Part shown: piece by piece, positions 10,310 through 20,722 of the stretch
How positions within the stretch are numbered: position 1 is the stretch's first letter
How the letters are laid out: every line of letters begins with the position of its first letter
Assembly (NCBI GenBank): GCA_045539535.1
Contig: JAZQFO010000131.1
Coordinates: forward strand, 33,456-97,455
Source of the DNA: Acetatifactor sp.
GTDB taxonomy: Bacteria; Bacillota; Clostridia; Lachnospirales; Lachnospiraceae
Reading direction: 5' to 3'
Length of the DNA: 64,000 nt
Program-made: the position numbers and the translations under genes
The notes under the pieces: model-generated
Told to the model about the DNA's origin: nothing
Databases searched by the model: none
The model's input: only the letters and a program-made list of their open reading frames with translations

Positions 10310-11427
10310 TTACCCGGAAAGAGAAAATCAGTATTGTGCTCCCGGTCTATAATGGGGCGAACTATATTGCGGATACAGTAAAGTATATACAGAAATCCAC
10401 CTACGAGAACCTGGAGATTCTTTTGATTAATGACGGCTCCACTGATGGCAGCGAGACTGTTATCAGGGAATTGATGAAAACGGATCATCGGTTGGTTTTG
10501 TATTCGAAGACCAATGGCGGCGTTGTTTCTGCAAGGAATTTCGGTGTGGAAAAGGCTACAGGAGATTTTATCTGTTTTTGTGACCAGGATGATATTGTGA
10601 TGCCGGAAACGTATCAGAGATTGTATGAGAAAATGCAATCCGATGGGAGTGATGTGGCTATATGCAGCTCAGGAAGAAGTGTTGATGGTAAGCTGTCAGT
10701 TTTCGATGTGATGGAGGACGGAACCTATACCGGAACAGAAATAGATGAAAATTTGCTGTTTCCCTTACTGTTTAACGGTTTTCAAGTTCCTTACGGCAAG
10801 CAAAATATAAATCGCTACCCTCATATCTGGACTTGTATGTTCCGCCTTTCTTTCTGGCAGAGGCATGCTTTTAGGTTCCGTGCTTATATCAATTTCGAAG
10901 ACGATTTATTGATGAAGGTGGAAACTTTGTCTAAGGCGGATAAGGTAAGCACGATTTCTTATGTAGGTTATTATTGGAGAGTAAATCTCAAATCCGAGAC
11001 CTATGCACATAAGTATGTGTCGGACATCGGCCGGAAACAACAGCAGGCCTTGGAAGATATGCGTGTATCCATTCAAAACCGAAACAGCGATGAGAGATTA
11101 CTGGAGACATTTGAACAGGTTACGCTGTGTAAACAATATTTGGACGCGGTGCACAATCTTACCAGTCCATATAGGAAAAAGAATTTATCCTTTATCCGTA
11201 AGTATTATAAGACGAATATTTACGGGAGAAATTTTAAACACGCCATAGCAGCGCGCAAAATGCTGAAAAAGGGACGGGTTAAGCCCAGGATTTTACTGCC
11301 GTTGTTGGCCGGTAAAATGACATTGCTCAGTTTTTGGATGGAATGGCTGTTGGACCGGGTGTTGTTGGTAACGCTGCATTCACCATTATTAACAAGATTA
11401 GAGCGCAGGATGAAACAAGGGGATTAA
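10306..11427 (+). CDS. GT2 glycosyltransferase
   Basis: IVLPVYNG, NDGSTD, FCDQDD. Start set at the ATGA overlap with the upstream stop. Confidence 0.85.
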   Translation: MITRKEKISIVLPVYNGANYIADTVKYIQKSTYENLEILLINDGSTDGSETVIRELMKTDHRLVLYSKTNGGVVSARNFGVEKATGDFICFCDQDDIVMPETYQRLYEKMQSDGSDVAICSSGRSVDGKLSVFDVMEDGTYTGTEIDENLLFPLLFNGFQVPYGKQNINRYPHIWTCMFRLSFWQRHAFRFRAYINFEDDLLMKVETLSKADKVSTISYVGYYWRVNLKSETYAHKYVSDIGRKQQQALEDMRVSIQNRNSDERLLETFEQVTLCKQYLDAVHNLTSPYRKKNLSFIRKYYKTNIYGRNFKHAIAARKMLKKGRVKPRILLPLLAGKMTLLSFWMEWLLDRVLLVTLHSPLLTRLERRMKQGD

Positions 11428-12579
11428 ATGAAGAAGATACTATTTGTTTCAAATGAATATGCAATCGGTGGTTCAAGTGTTTCATTGAAGAGTTTGATTG
11501 TGGGTCTTAAGAGGGTCTATGGGGACTCGGTGGACATAGAGGTATTAGTGCCCAGACCAATTCGCAATAAGGGGAGTGTTATTCCTTTTTGGGAAGAGGA
11601 AGGGATTAAGTGTAAAGAAATTATTTATCGGGGCAATTATAAAAGGATAGAGCGTAGGCTTTCCCTAATGCAGGTGTTTCACAACCTGTTGAACACCTTG
11701 GCGGTCGGCCCGCTCCGAAGCTATATTAAACGCAATCAGTTTGATGTGGTCTGCTCCAATTCTACATCGGTTGATGTGGGGGCCAGAGCAGCTGTGAAGC
11801 AGGGGACTTTTCATGTATATTACATGAGAGAAATGTTAGAAAGCGGTATGAACTGTGAATATCGCAACAAGCCTCGGATGAAGATGCTTTTTGAAAAGTC
11901 AGATTTGGTGATATTTATATCAAAAGCCACGGAAGAATTTTATTTGTCCGATTACGCCATCCAAAACCATGTGCAGTTTTATGATGGATTTATTGTGGAA
12001 AATTATTATCTTGCCAACCGCAATGTATTGCAGTCAGAGCTGGTGTCTATGGTGCAGGTGGGTGCTCTGTGTGATGCCAAGGGCACGAAAAACACCTTGG
12101 AGTTACTGCATGGTTTAAATCAGATTGGAATCCACAATTGGCATATGGAGTTTGTGGGTAACGGCTCCGACGAATACATTGGGCAGATGAAAGAGATGAT
12201 TCAAAAATATCATATGGAAGCCCAGGTGACAATCGGTTCTTTTTGTGCAGATATGAAGTCCAAACTGGCCACAAAGGATATCCTGATTATGAATTCACCG
12301 GCGGAAGGGTTCGGTAGAGTAACCGTTGAGGGAATGCTGGCCGGCTGTCTGGTTGTGGGCAGATATGCAGGCGGAACCAAAGAGATTATAGAGAATCAGG
12401 AAAATGGCCTTTCCTTTGAAACGAAAGACGATTTTGTGGCGGCAATGCAGGATGTATTTGAACAGAGAAAGAAGTATGCTAATCTGGCACAGCAGGGACA
12501 AAGCAAAGCTGTAGATAAATATAGCTGTGAGAGTGTTGCAAGGAATTTCATGGAAAGTATTGATGGAATAAAGAAGTAA
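11428..12579 (+). CDS. GT4 glycosyltransferase
   Basis: EGFGRVTVEGMLAG (EX7E) and GGTKEII...ENG. Confidence 0.85.
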   Translation: MKKILFVSNEYAIGGSSVSLKSLIVGLKRVYGDSVDIEVLVPRPIRNKGSVIPFWEEEGIKCKEIIYRGNYKRIERRLSLMQVFHNLLNTLAVGPLRSYIKRNQFDVVCSNSTSVDVGARAAVKQGTFHVYYMREMLESGMNCEYRNKPRMKMLFEKSDLVIFISKATEEFYLSDYAIQNHVQFYDGFIVENYYLANRNVLQSELVSMVQVGALCDAKGTKNTLELLHGLNQIGIHNWHMEFVGNGSDEYIGQMKEMIQKYHMEAQVTIGSFCADMKSKLATKDILIMNSPAEGFGRVTVEGMLAGCLVVGRYAGGTKEIIENQENGLSFETKDDFVAAMQDVFEQRKKYANLAQQGQSKAVDKYSCESVARNFMESIDGIKK

Positions 12580-12589
12580 GAGTGAGGTT

Positions 12590-14158
12590 ATGGACAATCG
12601 TAGAACAGTAGTCAGACTGGATAGAACCAAAAATGCGCTGAGGAATATTGTTACAGGTGGAGTGAATAAGGTTGTAACTTTGCTGTTGCCTTTCGTATTG
12701 CGTACGATTTTAATCAGGGTAATGGGAGAGGAATATGCCGGCCTAAATAACTTGTTTGTTTCTATTCTGGAAGTGTTAAATCTGGCAGAATTGGGTTTTG
12801 GCACTGCAATTGTATATTGTATGTATAAGCCGATTGCACAGGACAATAGAGAAGAGATTTGCGCACTACTGAATTTATTTCGCAAGCTCTACTTTACAAT
12901 TGGATTCATTGTGCTGGCTATTGGTTTGGCAATCATGCCTTTTTTGGAATATCTGATTAAGGATTCTTACCCGTCAGATATTAATTTGTATGTTTTATAT
13001 GCGATTTATTTGTTTAACAGTTGTTCCAGTTATTTTTTCCTGGGGTACAGAAGTGCGATTATCAATGCGCATCAGCGTTTGGATGTTACACAGAGTATCG
13101 CAACAGTTGTGAAGGGAATTATGTATATTGTCCAGATGGTAGTCTTGGTCTGGTGCAAAAACTATTATCTCTATGCGGTAATGCTTCCCCTATTCACAAT
13201 TCTGATAAATCTGCTGACTGCATACCAGTCCAAAAAACTTTTTCCCCAGTATGTTTGTAGGGGAAAGGTCAATAAGGAAGCAAAAGCTGATTTGAAGGAA
13301 AAGGTCTCAGGACTGTTAATCAGCAGACTGTGCGCGGTTACAAGAAATAGTTTTGACAGTATTTTTGTTTCAGCCTATCTGGGCCTGGCAATGACCGCTA
13401 TCTATACCAATTATTATTTTATTATGGCTTCGGTGATTTCTATTTTGGCAATCATTGTGCAGGCAGTTTTGGCAGGGGTGGGGAATAGCATACAGACAGA
13501 AACGGTAGAACAGAACTATAATGATTTGAAGAGATTTAATTTTATGTATTTGTGGATATCGGGCGTTTGTACGGTATGTCTGCTCTGCCTGTATCAGCCA
13601 TTTATGTATTTATGGATGGGGACAGAAAATATGCTTTCCATGTCTTCAGTGGTTCTGTTTTGTGGTTATTTTTTCCTGTTGACCATGGGAGATATGCAAA
13701 GTATTTATTATAATGCAGCAGGTCTGTGGTGGCATTACAGAAAGTGTACTGTCGTGGAAGCAGTGCTCAATTTATTATTAAATTACATTTTTGTAAGGAT
13801 CTGGGGACTAAATGGAGTAATTGCCGGTACGCTGGTTTCTCTGTTTTTGGTCAATTTCTTATATGCTGAAAGACTTGTTTTTAAATATTATTTTAAAAAC
13901 GGTAAAGCGTTACAGTTCTACATGTTGCAAATTAAGTACGCAGTGGTTACGGCATTGGTTTGCGGCGGAACATATATGATTTGCAGCAACTTCTCTTATC
14001 AGGACCAGGGAAGTTGTATAAAGACACTGGTCATACGGGGCGTTCTTTGTGTGGTTATACCGAATATTTTGTTTTACTGTATTTATAGACGGTCCGAGGA
14101 ATTTGGCAGTGCAAAGGCATGGATATCCGGCAAGATAGGAAGTAACAGGAGAAGATAA
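12590..14158 (+). CDS. Polysaccharide flippase (Wzx/MOP family)
   Basis: About 14 TM; RTKNALRN and LNLAELGFGTAI patterns typical of Firmicute flippases; sits among GT genes. Confidence 0.8.
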   Translation: MDNRRTVVRLDRTKNALRNIVTGGVNKVVTLLLPFVLRTILIRVMGEEYAGLNNLFVSILEVLNLAELGFGTAIVYCMYKPIAQDNREEICALLNLFRKLYFTIGFIVLAIGLAIMPFLEYLIKDSYPSDINLYVLYAIYLFNSCSSYFFLGYRSAIINAHQRLDVTQSIATVVKGIMYIVQMVVLVWCKNYYLYAVMLPLFTILINLLTAYQSKKLFPQYVCRGKVNKEAKADLKEKVSGLLISRLCAVTRNSFDSIFVSAYLGLAMTAIYTNYYFIMASVISILAIIVQAVLAGVGNSIQTETVEQNYNDLKRFNFMYLWISGVCTVCLLCLYQPFMYLWMGTENMLSMSSVVLFCGYFFLLTMGDMQSIYYNAAGLWWHYRKCTVVEAVLNLLLNYIFVRIWGLNGVIAGTLVSLFLVNFLYAERLVFKYYFKNGKALQFYMLQIKYAVVTALVCGGTYMICSNFSYQDQGSCIKTLVIRGVLCVVIPNILFYCIYRRSEEFGSAKAWISGKIGSNRRR

Positions 14159-14159
14159 A

Positions 14160-14906
14160 ATGGGGACGAAATGTTCACTCATTACTATGTATAATGACAA
14201 GGAGATTGCCCAAGGATTTCAGGAGAATCTGGCAACACAGCAACAAATCGACTATGAGTTGGTCCCTATAGATAACTTTAATGGTCAGTATTCTTCTATC
14301 AGGGAAGCCTACAATGAGGCTTTTTCGAAAACTTGTGGCGAGTATGTTGTTTTTTTGCACCCGGATATTCGATTTCTGGATGCCCATACTCTGGCAGATT
14401 TGATGAAAGAATGTGATGCATTAACGGATTTTGGCGTGGTGGGAATCGCGGGAGCGGCTGCCGGCGCCAAGGGTGATCGGATTATTTATACAAGTATTGT
14501 GCATGGTGAAGAAAAGCTTCTTCCGGATTTTAGTCAGGTGATTCATAATGCGCACGAGGTGCAGACTGTTGATGAATGTCTGTTTGTGATTAAGAGAGAA
14601 GTATTTGAGCAAAATCCATTTATCAAAGAAGAAGGATTTCACTGGTATGCTGTGGAATATTGTTTGAATATGATTCTGGCGGGAAAGAAAAACTATGCGG
14701 TACCTGCCAAGATATGGCACATGTCCTCCGGGAAGTCCATGGATCCCAGTTATGCAGTATATTTGCAAAAAATGATTAAAAGATACGGCAAGGATTTCGA
14801 TGTGATTTACACCACGATTAAAAAATGGCCCACCAGGGGGCTTTTGCCTTATATTTATCGCAAGTATTATTATGTGAAAAAAGTTTTGGAAAGAAAGATG
14901 AGATAA
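14160..14906 (+). CDS. GT2-like glycosyltransferase
   Basis: AYNEA...FLHPDI, GVVGIAG, VQTVDEC, FHWYAVEYCL. Confidence 0.7.
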   Translation: MGTKCSLITMYNDKEIAQGFQENLATQQQIDYELVPIDNFNGQYSSIREAYNEAFSKTCGEYVVFLHPDIRFLDAHTLADLMKECDALTDFGVVGIAGAAAGAKGDRIIYTSIVHGEEKLLPDFSQVIHNAHEVQTVDECLFVIKREVFEQNPFIKEEGFHWYAVEYCLNMILAGKKNYAVPAKIWHMSSGKSMDPSYAVYLQKMIKRYGKDFDVIYTTIKKWPTRGLLPYIYRKYYYVKKVLERKMR

Positions 14907-14909
14907 GCT

Positions 14910-16733
14910 ATGAAAAAAGTCCACAAGGAAATGACGAACAGAGTTGAAAATTATATATGCGAACACGAAAAGGTGTGCGTTATTGCCATTATGATTCTTT
15001 CGTCGCTGATTTTGTCCCTTCCCTTTTGGGGAACCTATCCTTTGCACACCACAACTGATGAGTTGGGGGCAATTGTAGGTGCTGCAACATGGGCAGGATT
15101 TGATTGGAGTGGTGTTATTGCCAGAAGCGGATATTATGGGTTTGGATATTATGCACTTTTTGCACCGTTATTTGCTTTGGAGCTTTCACCCATTGCTATC
15201 TATCGGATTATTCTTATCGTGACACGCGTGATAAGGGGTTGTGTTATTTCCGGAACAGTTTACTATATCGGCAAGCATTATTTTAGTTTTTCTTCCAAGC
15301 TACTGTTGTTGGAGCTGGCGTTTATCTGTTCATTACCCATGTATGGAGATATGGACGGAACGATTGTAAATGATATTATTCTGGAAGTGGTATTGTGGAT
15401 AGTGGTGTTGCTTCAGTGTAAGATGGTTGAGCATGTTGAATGTGCAAGGAAGTTTATGTTGTTTGGACTTGCTTATATTTTGGCATGTACCTATGCAACT
15501 CTTTTACATACCAGGGCTATTATTGTTATCATTGCTTCTTTCCTGACAATGATGGGAGTGTTGGTCTACAAGAAGAAGAAAATGTTGCTTGGCACACTGT
15601 TGGTGCTTCCAGCAGCAGGTGCTGTGCGGCTGCTTATCAGTGTATATCAGAATGCGATTTGGAGCTCTTCGGGAAGCGGCCTGACCAATGCGTCTGTAAC
15701 GGTTCACACGGAATTTAGTATTTTGGATGTAGATACATGGATTATATGGTTTGATATCTTAGTGGGAAATATTACGGTACAGACATTGCTCACCGGTGGC
15801 CTTTTTTTGGCGGCTGTGGTTGTGGCACTGCAGTATTTGTATGGGGTAATTTTTCGCAAGGCTGAAGGGGAGTCTGTCTATGTAAATATGACATTGGTTA
15901 TGACCATTCTCTGTATGGGTGCGGTGTTCGCTGCCTTTTTTGTATCGGACTGGTTTGTGGGCATGTATGAGACATGGGGGACAAATCAAGAGGGTGTGGC
16001 AAATGCATATAAGGGCCTGTGCTATGTGCGGTACTGGAATGTTTTTGCAATGCCGTTTATGTTTACCGGTTGCTATTTGCTGCATAAAAGAGAGGTTGCT
16101 TCTTGGATTAAACCTTTTGTTGGTGCGTTGGGTGCATTGATAAGTGCATTTTTGTTATGGGTCGTGCCTTTGGTGAAAAATCATTCTGCGGCAAGTATCT
16201 TTTTATGTAAATTTTTTACAGAAAGTAATGAGAAAATTAATCAGGCCTTTTATTATAAATGTGTTTTGATTTGTGTCACAGTATTGTTAATCAGTTGTGC
16301 GGTTTACTACATAAAAAAGAATTTTATGTGGGCGTTAATACCGGTCTTATTTATGCTGGTGCTGGGATATTACAACGGAAATGAACACTATAACAAAGAC
16401 GTAAATGAAAGTATTTCCAGTATGGTGCGAGCTTCCTATGAACAAAAATGCTTGCTGGAAGATGCTAATATCAATATTGATAAAGTCTATGCAGTTGATA
16501 ATCGAAAGGTTGATCCTAACTGGTATATTTTTTCGGCGCTGCAATTTTATTTTTACGAGCATACTGTGGTGGAAGGGCTTCCTGAGAAAATGGGAGACTA
16601 CGATGTCATAGTTACGCAGAAACCGGATATGGCAATAGCGGCGAGATATCCGGACTTGTATTGCTATGTGTTGGATGACAATGAGGTTTGGTATACAGAG
16701 CTGGATTTGATAGGAGTAAAACCGAGAAAATAG
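14910..16733 (+). CDS. Polytopic membrane protein, probable GT-C; paralog of 5549..7378
   Basis: Shares DExG..A...GxDW..V.....YYxxGY, HxR and RY motifs with 5549..7378. Confidence 0.6.
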   Translation: MKKVHKEMTNRVENYICEHEKVCVIAIMILSSLILSLPFWGTYPLHTTTDELGAIVGAATWAGFDWSGVIARSGYYGFGYYALFAPLFALELSPIAIYRIILIVTRVIRGCVISGTVYYIGKHYFSFSSKLLLLELAFICSLPMYGDMDGTIVNDIILEVVLWIVVLLQCKMVEHVECARKFMLFGLAYILACTYATLLHTRAIIVIIASFLTMMGVLVYKKKKMLLGTLLVLPAAGAVRLLISVYQNAIWSSSGSGLTNASVTVHTEFSILDVDTWIIWFDILVGNITVQTLLTGGLFLAAVVVALQYLYGVIFRKAEGESVYVNMTLVMTILCMGAVFAAFFVSDWFVGMYETWGTNQEGVANAYKGLCYVRYWNVFAMPFMFTGCYLLHKREVASWIKPFVGALGALISAFLLWVVPLVKNHSAASIFLCKFFTESNEKINQAFYYKCVLICVTVLLISCAVYYIKKNFMWALIPVLFMLVLGYYNGNEHYNKDVNESISSMVRASYEQKCLLEDANINIDKVYAVDNRKVDPNWYIFSALQFYFYEHTVVEGLPEKMGDYDVIVTQKPDMAIAARYPDLYCYVLDDNEVWYTELDLIGVKPRK

Positions 16734-16736
16734 AAT

Positions 16737-18287
16737 GTGATGAGACAAAGAATTTGTTTAACGCTAAACACAATTGCATTTGTACTGTTTACCATAATCA
16801 GCGGGATTATTGCAGCAGTTATTTTGTTATCTCGAGAAGGGTATATGTGTAAGACTTCCTTTTTGGTGCCTAATTGGATTTTGCTGATGGTTGGTATATT
16901 ATTGGCCGTTGTCTTCTGTTTTGTGGTACGGCTTAAGCCTTCTTTGGGCAGCAAAGGGAATATACATATTGCATCATTGATTTTGTTTGTGGTACAAAGC
17001 TATATCTTTTATAACATTTTCTTTACGACAAAGTGGGATGTGGATATTGTACTTAGAAATGCACAGAGGATTGCAACAGGTCAAGGCGCAGAACCGGACC
17101 ATTACTATTTTTCTAATTATCCTTATAATCAACTGATTGTCTTTTTGTTCGCGGTATGCTACAAGGTCAATAGTATGATAGGGATTTGGCAAGAAGCGGT
17201 TTTCTTCATTGTGTTGGTACAGTGTGGTCTTTCAACACTGACGGGCAAGATTTTATTTCAGGTTGTCAGGGACTTAGTCAAAACGGAACGCTTTGCTTGG
17301 CTTGCATGGGGGATTTATGTGTTTCTCATTGGGTTGTCCGGCTGGAATATCATCCCATATACGGATATGATGGGATTGATTTTTCCTATTTCAATCCTGA
17401 GAATTTATCAGACTATTGATGGTACGAAGCATGATTATCGGAAGTGGTTTGGAATCTGCCTTCTTTCCTTTTGGGGGTGTAGGGTAAAGGGACATGTCAT
17501 TGTTGTGTTTATGGCGCTTTTGATTGTGGAAGCTCTGCATTTGATACAAGAATTTCATAGGGATAAATTAAAGAAGGGTGTTCTTATCCTTGTGATTGCT
17601 TGTATGACGATATTGCTGTCGCTTAAAGCTGAAAGTGTGATTTTGGAACAGCTGGACTTTGAGATTGACCAGGAAGCAAGTCTTGGGATAACCCACATGC
17701 TAATGCTGGGCTTGAATGAAAAGAGCAATGGGGTTCATAGCGAAGCAGATGTGGAATTTTCACAGATGTTTATGCTAAAAGAAATCAGGACAAAAGAAGA
17801 AGTAAAAGTGATTAAGCAAAGATTATCCGATTATGGTTTTTGGGGACTTTTGAAACATATGCAAAAGAAAACCCTTACAAACTTTAATGACGGGACCTTG
17901 GCGTGGGGGCATGAAGGTAATTTCTTCTATCATACATTTGAGGATAAGAATCAGGTTGTATCCCCTTTTTTGAAAAAAATATATTATACAGACGGGGCCT
18001 ATTATGGAATATATGCTACTGTTTGTCAGATGATTTGGCTCGTAGTGTTTATGCTTCCACTGGGGGTAATTGCTCTTAAGCGGGACAAGGTGAATTCTGT
18101 ATTGGTGATATCTTTGCTGGGCGTAATGCTCTTTGTGAGTCTGTTTGAAGCCCGCGCAAGATATTTAATTGCATATGTACCCTTTTGGATCGTAGCATCA
18201 TGTTTTGTATTATACCGCATGTATGAATTGGTGGCAGTAAAAAATGAAGATATTTCAGAAAATCCAGACGTACCTCCTGAAATGTAA
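16737..18287 (+). CDS. GT-C (PMT-like) membrane glycosyltransferase
   Basis: Multi-TM; WD, YFSNYPYN, PYTD, MLGL, FEARARY motifs. Confidence 0.65.
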   Translation: MMRQRICLTLNTIAFVLFTIISGIIAAVILLSREGYMCKTSFLVPNWILLMVGILLAVVFCFVVRLKPSLGSKGNIHIASLILFVVQSYIFYNIFFTTKWDVDIVLRNAQRIATGQGAEPDHYYFSNYPYNQLIVFLFAVCYKVNSMIGIWQEAVFFIVLVQCGLSTLTGKILFQVVRDLVKTERFAWLAWGIYVFLIGLSGWNIIPYTDMMGLIFPISILRIYQTIDGTKHDYRKWFGICLLSFWGCRVKGHVIVVFMALLIVEALHLIQEFHRDKLKKGVLILVIACMTILLSLKAESVILEQLDFEIDQEASLGITHMLMLGLNEKSNGVHSEADVEFSQMFMLKEIRTKEEVKVIKQRLSDYGFWGLLKHMQKKTLTNFNDGTLAWGHEGNFFYHTFEDKNQVVSPFLKKIYYTDGAYYGIYATVCQMIWLVVFMLPLGVIALKRDKVNSVLVISLLGVMLFVSLFEARARYLIAYVPFWIVASCFVLYRMYELVAVKNEDISENPDVPPEM

Positions 18288-18344
18288 GGTGGGTATTGTG
18301 GGTACGGAGTCCATGAGTATGAAAGATATTACCAAGCTTTTGCC

Positions 18345-18373
18345 TTGCAACTTCTCTTTTGATGTTATATCAT
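18345..18373 (+). promoter_or_regulatory. Sigma-A type promoter
   Basis: TTGCAA-N17-TATCAT. Confidence 0.5.
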
Positions 18374-18429
18374 AGTAAAATAGGAATCATTGGGGGGAAC
18401 TATATTAAAGTAAAGGTTAGGATAGACGA

Positions 18430-18921
18430 ATGAGTGATGTTTATGTGGAATGTCTTGTGCAGGCGAAAAAGTCCGGCGGCAAGAAGGTTTTGCAGGTGGT
18501 ATTAATCGGTTTAACAGTAGTGTTTTGTCTGGGAATGATGTTGTTTTGGCCTTTTGCGATTGCGGCGGCAATTACCGGTGCGGGTGCTTATTTTGCAGGC
18601 ATGTATTCTCAGGTAGAATATGAGTATTTGTATCTGGACAAGGAGCTTTGTATCGATAGTATTCTGGCTCAGTCCAAGAGAAAACGCGTGGCGGAGTACA
18701 GTATCGACCGTATGGAGGTTTTTGCTCCTATCAATTCCTGGCATCTGGATAATTTCAAAAACCGCAATGTAAAAGTGGTGGATTACAGTGCCGGTGAGGA
18801 GATTCCGGACACCCGTTATTGCATGTATTATGAGGGCGGACTGAAGGTAATTCTGACTCCTTCGGAGGATATGGTAAAAGCGCTGAAAAATGTTGCGCCC
18901 CGAAAGGTTTTTAATGACTAA
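18430..18921 (+). CDS. Conserved small membrane protein (DUF6106-like)
   Basis: Two TM helices followed by VEYEYLYLDKEL..D.I..QSKRK. Confidence 0.6.
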   Translation: MSDVYVECLVQAKKSGGKKVLQVVLIGLTVVFCLGMMLFWPFAIAAAITGAGAYFAGMYSQVEYEYLYLDKELCIDSILAQSKRKRVAEYSIDRMEVFAPINSWHLDNFKNRNVKVVDYSAGEEIPDTRYCMYYEGGLKVILTPSEDMVKALKNVAPRKVFND

Positions 18922-18929
18922 AATGCTTA

Positions 18930-18958
18930 TTGACAGTGGCGAAAAACACTGTTAAACT
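18930..18958 (+). promoter_or_regulatory. Sigma-A promoter of guaB
   Basis: TTGACA-N17-TAAACT with TG extension. Confidence 0.75.
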
Positions 18959-18984
18959 AAGTGGATAATAATTAAATTAAGTAG

Positions 18985-20460
<1,476 letters not shown>

Positions 20461-20482
20461 AGCTGAATAAATAGTGACAGAC

Positions 20483-20517
20483 AGGCGTCCTGCTAAAATT
20501 GGCAGGGCGCTTTTTGT
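20483..20517 (+). terminator. Intrinsic terminator of guaB
   Basis: gcgtcctgcta / tggcagggcgc stem followed by a T run. Confidence 0.75.
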
Positions 20518-20722
20518 ATATATAGGCAGGGGGATAAAATGGTTCCGAAAACGTTTTAGTAGTTTTTACTAGAAAGAAGATTTCGATTTTATGGCTTTTG
20601 TAGAAAACGCACGAATTTGGTTGACCCAATCGCACAAATTTGATAATATTGACTGTATAGCGTTTTGGCGGGAGAAGGCGTTAAACGACTAAATTTTAAC
20701 AAATGAAAGGGAGTTACAAGTT

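Noticed and set aside
20650-20722. Na+-sensing riboswitch upstream of hppA
   Set aside because: Only a weak hairpin, no terminator, and no match to the consensus as I recall it; an Rfam scan would settle it.
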